A stretch of 64,000 nt of DNA. It comes from Candidatus Eiseniibacteriota bacterium (GTDB taxonomy: Bacteria; Eisenbacteria; RBG-16-71-46). The stretch covers positions 32,001 to 96,000 of the forward strand of contig JANMQY010000023.1 of assembly GCA_031370785.1 (NCBI GenBank), in the 5' to 3' direction. Of this stretch, positions 57,090-64,000 are shown one piece after another (the stretch's first letter is position 1; every line of letters begins with the position of its first letter). Below the pieces are notes generated by a model. That model saw only the letters and a program-made list of their open reading frames with translations. It was not told the DNA's origin and ran no database searches. A program made the position numbers and the translations under genes.

Positions 57090-60076
57090 AGGATCTTGAG
57101 CGAGACCATCAGCTCGTCCTCGGTCTTCTCGCGGCGCTCGAAGGCGCGCGCGTATCCGATCGAAAGCGTGAGCGGCTGCTGGGTGAGGAGCGAGACTCGC
57201 AGATCGCACTGCACGCCGGCGTTCGCGAGCGTGCGCCGGTCCGACCGGGAATTCACGTTGGTCGAGAGCACGCTGGTGAAGACCGAGGTGCGCAGCCAGC
57301 TCGCGTACAGGGCCGGCGTGCCGAACCGATCGAAGCGCAGCGGCGGAAGGTTCCAGTCGAGCATCGCTTTCCCGTAGGTCGTGCCGGCCACCGCGTCGAT
57401 CTGCTTGCCCGGGAAGCTCTGGCCCTCGCGGTAGCGCTGCACCTCCTGATGGTCGAGACGGTTGTTGCCGAATCCGCCGAAGAAGAAGTTGGCGAACGGC
57501 TCGTCGCGATCGCCGGGCGAGAATCCGGCGGCAGTGCGCAGCCAGAGCGAAGAATTGCGCAGCAGGAGCGGCGTGCCGGCATCGGCGCCGCCCTCGTACG
57601 AAGGGAAGGCGCGCCAGGTCGAGGTACCGGCGCGCTCGAAGCGAATGGCGTTGGTCGCGGTCCCGAGCCGCCACTGCCAGCCCTTCTCGCGATCCACCGC
57701 GCCGATCGACGAGCGCATGTTCTGATGGTGGAGCTCGACCCCGCCGTTGACCAGCTTTTCGAACCCGGGCCTGATCGACACGTTCTGCGCATCGGGCAGG
57801 CGCTCGAGCCCGGTCCACCCGTTGAGCGCGAGCGTGAGGTCCATCAGGCGCGGCGTGTCGCGGACCAGGGAGCGCTTCCAGTCGAAATGAAACCCGTCGC
57901 CTTTGCGACTGACCTTGGTTGGGCCGACCAGATCGTAGAACGATGCCGGATTGTGGCGCAGCACGAGGTTGATGCCGGAGTGCCGGTACGAGGCGCTGCC
58001 ATGCCAGCGCTCCGCCCCCGGCACACGCTGCTGCGGCGAGTACGAAGCGGACAGCGTGAAGTCGTGAAGCGACACCGGATCGGTAAGGCGCGCGGCGAGG
58101 CCGACCGCGGCATCGTCCTTGTAGCTTTCGACGATGGGGTAGAGAGACACCAGCCTCACGCTGCGCAGCGCGCGGTAGGGGCCCCGATACAGGATCAGCG
58201 AGTCGATCGGCACCGTGCTCGGCGGAGGCACCTTCCAGCTCTTGAGCACGGGATGGCGCTCGACCACCTGTTGCCCGTAGAAGGTGATCGTGCTCACCTC
58301 GGCAAGCGGCCTGGCCTCGAGCACGGCGGGAACGAAGCCTGCGCCTGTAAAACGGAACGCGATCAGCGAGTCGCCGCCGAGCGGGAGCGGGCGGAAGAAT
58401 CCAGTCTCCGCGTTGGTGACGATGTCCATCGAGTCGGCGGCGAGATCGTAGCGGAAGATGTTCGAGACGCCGGTGTAGTACGAGCTGCCATAGAGATAGC
58501 GACCGTCATCCGAGAACACGAAGCTGGTCGGGATCGAGCTGCCGAAGTCGAACAGGGTTCGCGAGGCGGTGTCCCCGACCGCGAGCGCGTCGAGCGGGAG
58601 CAGACGCAGCGACTGGCGCCCGCTGATCTCGGCCATCGAGAGCGCCATACGGCTGCCGTCGGGGGAAATGTCGAGGTCGTAGACGTCGCGACCGTAGGGG
58701 AACGAGAAGACCTGGCTCCAGTCGGTGTAAGGCGGCGGAAGGCGCACGATGGTCGAGATGCCGTTGAAGTGCCGCACGCCCCACAGCGAGCGATCGCGGC
58801 GGTCGAAGGCGAGATCGCCGATCCGAGCATCCCGGATCAGGGTGCGCGACGTTCCGGTCGCGGGGTCCAGCTCGCACAGGTCGCGCCATTCGTTGTTGTC
58901 GGCGGTGTAGAACAACCGGCGCGCGCCGGGGTCCCACGCCAGAGAGCTCACGAAGTAGAGCGCGGGGCCCTTCACTTCGTGCAGCACGCGCGTCGCGCCG
59001 CCATCGAGCGGGATCGCGGCGATGTGCGAGACGGCGCCGGGATAGTAGACGCCGGCGTAGACCGTGCCGGTCGCCGAGTCGAGCACCGCGCGCGATACCG
59101 AGCCGAGCGCCCGCGTCGAAAGATCGCGCGAGCGCGTGGTCGGGTGGCGCCGCACCGAATCGAGATTCGCCTGCTGGAAGACCTTCTCGGAAGCGACCCA
59201 CTGGCGCCACGCGTCGGTGATACTGAGGCCAAAGACCTGGTGAAACTGACTCGCAAAGTAAGGCCGGCTTCCCGGATGGCGCGCCACCCATTCCACGAAC
59301 CGGTCGGGTCCCCAGCGGTCTGCGACCCAGCTCGTGAAGCGCGTTCCGTAGAGGTAGGCGTTGACCCCGACCTGGAAGTCGACGCGCGTGCCCTCGGACT
59401 CGAGCCCGAGCGGATCGTAGAAGTGGCTCCCGTCGCGCACCATCGCGCGGAACACCATTTCGTCGTAGGGGCCCTGCGCGCGACCGAGTCCGCCCGCCAT
59501 CCAGGTCTCGAGGAAGACCGCGGTGCCCTCGCGATGCCAGCGCGGCGCCGCGCGGCGCGGCAGCGTGAGGAAGCCGTAGAGGATGGTCTCCGGGTGCTCG
59601 CTGGTCTCGCGCACCTTGCCGCGGAACAGCGCGCGGAACAGCCGGTCCGATCCCGCCGCCTGATCCAGGGTCACGACGTGCGCCAGCTCGTGGTTCATCA
59701 CGAAGTTGATGCGCTCGTTGGACGGGCCGGTCTCGTAGACGAAGTTGTTGGGCGCGATCTGGACGATCATGGTGTTGCGCGGGCTGCCGATCACCGCCGC
59801 GTTCCCGTAGTCGCTGTTGTCGACCAGCACCACCGTCACCTTCTCCGACGGCGTGTAGCCGAACAGCGCGCGGTGGAACCGCATCGAGTTCTCGAAGCAA
59901 CGCGCGGTGTAGGGCGCCATGAACTCGAGCGTGGTGCCGGGATAGACGAGGCGGAGGTCCGAGGTCTCGATCGTGCGCAGCAGCGCGGCGGCCGTCGCAG
60001 GGGGCGCGGCGGCGGCCGCCATGGCGATCGCCAGGAGGAATGAGCAAAGCCGGTTCGGCCTGCGTTCGGCACCCAT
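57086..60076 (-). CDS. Large outer-membrane protein: HExxH peptidase domain, TolB-like propeller, probable C-terminal beta-barrel
   Basis: Signal peptide; HELAH..REGTAV; ISPDG/FSDDG propeller repeats; amphipathic beta strands to ELMVSLKIL. Confidence 0.72.
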   Translation of the reverse strand: MGAERRPNRLCSFLLAIAMAAAAAPPATAAALLRTIETSDLRLVYPGTTLEFMAPYTARCFENSMRFHRALFGYTPSEKVTVVLVDNSDYGNAAVIGSPRNTMIVQIAPNNFVYETGPSNERINFVMNHELAHVVTLDQAAGSDRLFRALFRGKVRETSEHPETILYGFLTLPRRAAPRWHREGTAVFLETWMAGGLGRAQGPYDEMVFRAMVRDGSHFYDPLGLESEGTRVDFQVGVNAYLYGTRFTSWVADRWGPDRFVEWVARHPGSRPYFASQFHQVFGLSITDAWRQWVASEKVFQQANLDSVRRHPTTRSRDLSTRALGSVSRAVLDSATGTVYAGVYYPGAVSHIAAIPLDGGATRVLHEVKGPALYFVSSLAWDPGARRLFYTADNNEWRDLCELDPATGTSRTLIRDARIGDLAFDRRDRSLWGVRHFNGISTIVRLPPPYTDWSQVFSFPYGRDVYDLDISPDGSRMALSMAEISGRQSLRLLPLDALAVGDTASRTLFDFGSSIPTSFVFSDDGRYLYGSSYYTGVSNIFRYDLAADSMDIVTNAETGFFRPLPLGGDSLIAFRFTGAGFVPAVLEARPLAEVSTITFYGQQVVERHPVLKSWKVPPPSTVPIDSLILYRGPYRALRSVRLVSLYPIVESYKDDAAVGLAARLTDPVSLHDFTLSASYSPQQRVPGAERWHGSASYRHSGINLVLRHNPASFYDLVGPTKVSRKGDGFHFDWKRSLVRDTPRLMDLTLALNGWTGLERLPDAQNVSIRPGFEKLVNGGVELHHQNMRSSIGAVDREKGWQWRLGTATNAIRFERAGTSTWRAFPSYEGGADAGTPLLLRNSSLWLRTAAGFSPGDRDEPFANFFFGGFGNNRLDHQEVQRYREGQSFPGKQIDAVAGTTYGKAMLDWNLPPLRFDRFGTPALYASWLRTSVFTSVLSTNVNSRSDRRTLANAGVQCDLRVSLLTQQPLTLSIGYARAFERREKTEDELMVSLKIL

Positions 60077-60100
60077 GCGGCTCTCTTTCGAACGCGAACG

Positions 60101-60133
60101 ACGAGGAGACTCCGCGCTGCGGAGTCTCCTCGT
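60101..60133. other. Perfect 15-bp intergenic hairpin
   Basis: ACGAGGAGACTCCGC-GCT-GCGGAGTCTCCTCGT between repeat-protein gene and OMP gene. Confidence 0.8.
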
Positions 60134-60181
60134 TTGGTTGGATCCGGGCCGGGGCCCGTGCGCCGTTGTGGCGCCTCTGTG

Positions 60182-61093
60182 CTAGTCGACCGTGGTCATC
60201 GCCTTCGCAAGGTCGTTGCTCGCCGCGACCTTCTGGTACTCGGCGGCCTGCGTGATCTTCGCATAGTCGCTGTTCGCGAGAAGGCGTGCGAACTCGGCCT
60301 GATCGGCGATCTTCGCAAAGTCGCCATCGCCGACGATCCGTGCGAACTCGGCCTGCGGTGCGAGCCGGGCGTAGTCGGTGTTTGCGATCACCTTCGCGTA
60401 CTCGGTCTGCGCCGTGAGTTTTGCATGGTCCTCGCTCGCCATCATGCGCCGGGCGTCGCTCGAGGTGACGAGCTTCGCGTAGTCCGCGTTGCGCGCGATC
60501 TTCTGGTAGTCCGCGGATGCCGTCAGCTTCGCGTACTCCGGAGCGGCCGCGATCTTCGCGAAATCTGCAGCAGTCGTCACGCTCTTCGCGTCAGCCGCCG
60601 CCATCAGGCTCCGGTACTCGGCGCTCTGCGCGACCTTCGCCAGATCGCCACCCGTGATCAGCCGGCGGTACTCACCAGACGCCGTGACCTTCGCGTACTC
60701 GGGATTGCCGACGATCTTCGCGAACTCCGACTTCTCGACGATCTTGGCAAAGTCCTGGTCCGCGACCAGCCGGGCGAACTCGGTCTGCGTGGTCAGCTTC
60801 GCATAATCCGGGCTGGCTGAAATCTTCGCAAAGTCTCCGTTGGCAACCATCTTCGCGAAATCGGCGTTGGTCGACATCTTGTGGAACAGGTCGCTCTGAA
60901 GAAACGCCTGCACCTCGGGATCCTTGAGCGTGACGTCGTCATCGGTGATCTGATTCGACTGATATCGGTTCGCCGCACCGATCGCGCCTTCGACGTTGCT
61001 CCTGGGAGGGATGATGCCCTTGTACACACAGAACGCCACGATCGCGGCCACCGCGACCACGGCCACGGTTACGACAGTCTTCTGATTCTTCAT
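60182..61093 (-). CDS. Membrane-anchored nonapeptide-repeat protein
   Basis: AGGAGG RBS; N-terminal TM; 25 gapless 9-aa repeats xx[DE][FY]AK[ILV]xx. Confidence 0.85.
   Translation of the reverse strand: MKNQKTVVTVAVVAVAAIVAFCVYKGIIPPRSNVEGAIGAANRYQSNQITDDDVTLKDPEVQAFLQSDLFHKMSTNADFAKMVANGDFAKISASPDYAKLTTQTEFARLVADQDFAKIVEKSEFAKIVGNPEYAKVTASGEYRRLITGGDLAKVAQSAEYRSLMAAADAKSVTTAADFAKIAAAPEYAKLTASADYQKIARNADYAKLVTSSDARRMMASEDHAKLTAQTEYAKVIANTDYARLAPQAEFARIVGDGDFAKIADQAEFARLLANSDYAKITQAAEYQKVAASNDLAKAMTTVD
60194..60868 (-). repeat. 25 x 27-bp coding tandem repeat
   Basis: NADFAKMVA NGDFAKISA SPDYAKLTT QTEFARLVA ... SNDLAKAMT. Confidence 0.85.
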
Positions 61094-61149
61094 CTCGGCC
61101 TCCTGATTGAGGGAAGTGAGCCGGCACTCTAGCAGGCCGGGGACGTAAC

Positions 61150-61177
61150 AAGGACACGAACCGCGAGTCAGGGTTGG
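61150..61177 (-). promoter_or_regulatory. Putative ECF sigma promoter of repeat-protein/OMP/prsW genes
   Basis: CCAAC-N15-GTGTCCTT. Confidence 0.62.
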
Positions 61178-61195
61178 CGCAGATCTTTCGCGTCG

Positions 61196-62002
61196 CTACC
61201 TGCCGTGGGAAGAGGTGTTGGGCACGGGCAGGAGGCCCACGAGCGCGTCCGGCTCCGACTCCGAGCCACGCCGGCTTGAACGCATGGTCACTCGGATCGG
61301 CGCGTCCGGGGCCGCCGGCCGGAACTCGAGCAGGTAAGTCGCATTGCCGCGCGGTTTGAGCATGGCGCCGTCGAGGGCGAGGCTCGCTTCGCCGGACCCG
61401 GGGCCGGACTGGCTCAGCGCCACCGGGTGAACCAGGCTCGGGTCGAAGCTCAGCTCGAGGGTGAGCCCCTGCGGGTTCCTCACCTCGATCGAGGCGAATC
61501 GCGAGCCTCCGGCACTCCAGCTACGGGCCGAGATCTGCGAGCCGCCAAGAGTCCACGCGGCGCTCTCGGCGCCGGCATCCGGGGACATCGAGCCCGCGGT
61601 ATCGGTCCGGTCGCGCGCCGGCCCCGGGCCGAACGAGCCGGTCCACACGCCGAGCGCCAGCACTCCGATCGCGAGTCCGGCTGCGAACGGCATGGCGAGC
61701 GAGAGCGCGGGCCGGCGCATCATCTGCGCCCGCCACGACCCGAGAAATGGGTTCCCGGTTGCGCGCGATGAGCCGCGCTCACTGCTGGCAACGATGTCCG
61801 CGAGGGTGCTTCGCCCGAGGTCGAGCGGTGCCTCCGCGAGCGGTACGCGAGCCAGCGTGGCAAACAGCGACGTCAGCTCGCGCTGCCGCGCGCGACCCGC
61901 TTCGTTCGACTGCAGCCACCTGTCGAGCCTCGAGGCTTCCTCCGGCGTCGCTATGCCGTCCAGCACGTCCTGAATCAGCTGTTCGTATTCGGGCGCGATC
62001 AT
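61196..62002 (-). CDS. Membrane anti-sigma factor
   Basis: LIQDVLDG.ATPEE..LDRWL anti-sigma domain, single TM, periplasmic beta domain; ATGA overlap with sigma gene. Confidence 0.78.
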   Translation of the reverse strand: MIAPEYEQLIQDVLDGIATPEEASRLDRWLQSNEAGRARQRELTSLFATLARVPLAEAPLDLGRSTLADIVASSERGSSRATGNPFLGSWRAQMMRRPALSLAMPFAAGLAIGVLALGVWTGSFGPGPARDRTDTAGSMSPDAGAESAAWTLGGSQISARSWSAGGSRFASIEVRNPQGLTLELSFDPSLVHPVALSQSGPGSGEASLALDGAMLKPRGNATYLLEFRPAAPDAPIRVTMRSSRRGSESEPDALVGLLPVPNTSSHGR

Positions 62003-62544
62003 GGGGTCGAGAGCCCTTTCCGCCGCAACTGCACCTCGAGGCGCTGTCGGGCCGAGTAAAGGCGGGACTTCACGGTCTTTTCCGGGACGCCGAGAATGGC
62101 GCTCATTTCGTGGTGCGAGAGCTGGAGGAAATGCCGGAGGACCACGACCTCGCGATCGTTCTCCTTCAGCTCCATCAGCGCGGCCTGCACCATCTGGATC
62201 TCCTCTGTCGCCTCGAACCGCTGCTCCGGTCCTGGCTCGGCTGAACGCAGACCCTCGTCGAGCATCTCGTGCCTTCGGCGCCTGCTTCGGTGGTTCAACG
62301 ACTCGTTGAGCGCAATCCGGTAAAGCCAGCTGAAGAAGCGGTTTCTCCGATCGAACGTTGCCAGCTTCTCCCACGCCTTGATGAACACCGTCTGGGCGAG
62401 GTCGCGAGCGTCCTCGACGTCGTTGACCATGCGCAGCGCGAGGTTGTAGACCACGCACCCGTAGGCGTCGATGAGCGTCGCGAATGCCTGGTGGTCCCCT
62501 TTCAGGGCCCGCTCGACCAGTGATGCTTCGTCGATCTCGGCCAT
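61999..62544 (-). CDS. ECF RNA polymerase sigma factor
   Basis: EDARDLAQTVFIKAW, FFSWLYRIALN, LGVPEKTVKSRLYSAR. Confidence 0.95.
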   Translation of the reverse strand: MAEIDEASLVERALKGDHQAFATLIDAYGCVVYNLALRMVNDVEDARDLAQTVFIKAWEKLATFDRRNRFFSWLYRIALNESLNHRSRRRRHEMLDEGLRSAEPGPEQRFEATEEIQMVQAALMELKENDREVVVLRHFLQLSHHEMSAILGVPEKTVKSRLYSARQRLEVQLRRKGLSTP

Positions 62545-62572
62545 AAGGACACCAGCCCGTTCGAAAAGTTGG
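62545..62572 (-). promoter_or_regulatory. Putative ECF autoregulatory promoter
   Basis: CCAAC-N15-GTGTCCTT immediately before the sigma ATG. Confidence 0.58.
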
Positions 62573-62604
62573 TGTGGGGGCGCTCGGCTCGTTGCGGGCC
62601 GCGG

Positions 62605-62889
62605 CTATTCGATGGTGAGAATCCGATCGAGTCCCGCGTAGGCGAAGACGTTGCGCACGCGGGGGAGGAGGCGCACGAGTCGCAGAGCGTGCCCGGCGCC
62701 GTTCAGGCGCTTGTAGGTCTCGATGAGAATCCCGATGCCCGCGCTTGAGATGTAGTCCAGCTCCGAGCAGTCGATGGTGATCGGACCCTCGAGCGAGTCG
62801 AGCACACTTTTCGCCTTCTCGGCCTCGGCCGCATCGAGCCGGCCAGTGAGCCGCACCTGCCCGGTCTCGCCGACGTGGACAGAGAACAT
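62605..62889 (-). CDS. STAS anti-anti-sigma factor (RsbV-like)
   Basis: LTGRLD, LDYISSAGIG phospho-Ser motif. Confidence 0.9.
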   Translation of the reverse strand: MFSVHVGETGQVRLTGRLDAAEAEKAKSVLDSLEGPITIDCSELDYISSAGIGILIETYKRLNGAGHALRLVRLLPRVRNVFAYAGLDRILTIE

Positions 62890-63296
62890 CAGGACGCGAG
62901 CCTCTTGGTGACGGTGATCGTGCTCATTCCGTTGTCGTGGACGTAGGTGATGTCGTCCGCGATCTGACGCACGAGATGGATTCCGAGACCGCCCGCGTGA
63001 CGGTCGGTGATCGGGCGGTTCGTGTCCGGCGGCGGCGCGAGGGTCGGGTCGAAGTCCACGGCACTGGAGTCGCACAGGCGAAGCGTCAGCGTCGGGGGCT
63101 TCCAGTCGAGGGCGAGTGCAATCGGCTGCGCGTCGCTCCCGCCGTACTTTACCATGTTGGTGAACAGCTCCTCGACGATCAGGTCCACGTCCCAGGCATG
63201 CGCTTCGTCGATCCCGCGCTCGCCCAGAAACTCGCGAACGAAGGCATAGATCTGTTCGAGCGAGCTGAAGTCCCGGGGAAAGCGGCGCTCCACCAT
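62889..63296 (-). CDS. RsbW-like anti-sigma Ser kinase (HATPase_c_2)
   Basis: EELFTNMVKYG, FDPT, GGLGIHLV. Confidence 0.9.
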   Translation of the reverse strand: MVERRFPRDFSSLEQIYAFVREFLGERGIDEAHAWDVDLIVEELFTNMVKYGGSDAQPIALALDWKPPTLTLRLCDSSAVDFDPTLAPPPDTNRPITDRHAGGLGIHLVRQIADDITYVHDNGMSTITVTKRLAS

Positions 63297-63694
63297 GGCG
63301 CAACGATAAGGCGACGGGCGGACCGGGGGCAATGGAGGGCCGATGGCAGCGCGGCCTACTTCTTCCGCGGGGCCTGAGGAGACGTGACGATCCGGATTCT
63401 GTCACATAAGGACCGCGTGGGCCCAAGGATAGGCAGTTTGGCCCAATCCGTGGTCCCGGGGACGGTGCCTGAGATCGGCCTTGTATTTCAGTCCCGGGTC
63501 GGCGACAGTATGACCAGTCTTCGGTCGATCAGGATCCACGACGGGCATTCGATTCCGCCAGGGACAGTCTCGGGCGGTTTTTTTGTTGGTCGCACCGGGT
63601 CGAACGAAGCACCGGTCACAGAGACCGAACGCAGCCGCAGCGTGAATATGCGGCAAGTACACGGGTCCTCGGACCCGGAATCAAGGAGCAACCA

Positions 63695-63895
63695 GTGGCT
63701 CGTGGCACAGTGAAGTGGTTCAACGAGGCGAAGGGGTTCGGCTTCATCTCTCAGGAGGACGGCGAGGATGTGTTCGTGCACTTCTCGGCGATCCAGGGCG
63801 AAGGCTTCAAGACTCTCGCCGAGGGTGAGGCTCTCGAGTTCGATGTCACCAAGGGACCGAAGGGTCTTCAGGCGGCCAACGTCCGCAAGGCCTAG
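63695..63895 (+). CDS. cspA: Cold-shock protein (second paralog)
   Basis: [36 protein letters not shown] start. Confidence 0.96.
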   Translation: MARGTVKWFNEAKGFGFISQEDGEDVFVHFSAIQGEGFKTLAEGEALEFDVTKGPKGLQAANVRKA

Positions 63896-63923
63896 CTCGC
63901 CCGACGTACCACCTCATGCGCCT

Positions 63924-63958
63924 GGGCGGCGTCCTCACGGACGTCGCCCTTCGCATTT
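63924..63958 (+). terminator. Hairpin/terminator after second csp
   Basis: GGGCGGCGTCC-TCAC-GGACGTCGCCC then TTCGCATTT. Confidence 0.6.
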
Positions 63959-64000
63959 CCCCCCGCATCTGGCGACTCGCAGTTTTCGGACGCGTGCCTC

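Noticed and set aside
60194..60868. 27-bp periodicity as a possible CRISPR array
   Set aside because: Units are contiguous, diverged and in-frame coding, with no unique spacers and no cas genes.

Overview
High-GC (~69% by eye) bacterial chromosomal segment, gene-dense, with no rRNA, tRNA, CRISPR array or recognisable transposase/integrase. Three secreted proteins with C-terminal FlgD-Ig-like sorting domains and five GT-C (ArnT/PMT-like) membrane glycosyltransferases suggest an FCB-related lineage such as Ca. Eisenbacteria (inference only). Most genes are housekeeping or envelope functions: peptidases, CoA-transferase, citrate synthase, ABC-F, rhodanese, FKBP, Fpg, PuuD and two cold-shock genes. 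Best candidate for an undescribed system, at 43.6-45.9 kb: an unannotated 44-aa precursor-like peptide gene with a strong RBS and a 13-bp hairpin, then an LpxL-type acyltransferase carrying a C-terminal RRE/PqqD-like extension, a 47-aa DltX/AlgI-tail-like micro-ORF (NPFICFQF) and a YkgJ-type Cys-cluster protein. This sits beside an ABC exporter and may be a ribosomal lipopeptide pathway. Second candidate, at 56-63.3 kb: a RsbW/STAS + ECF sigma/anti-sigma + 25x nonapeptide-repeat protein + peptidase/propeller/barrel outer-membrane protein + PrsW cluster, with a duplicated CCAAC-N15-GTGTCCTT promoter-like motif. Also notable: four palindromic operators around satD/DUF3307, a satellite BMC-T shell gene, conserved RNA structures around both csp genes, a low-GC HEPN-like two-gene insert and a 33-aa basic sORF. 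All family assignments come from motif recognition; no database searches were run.
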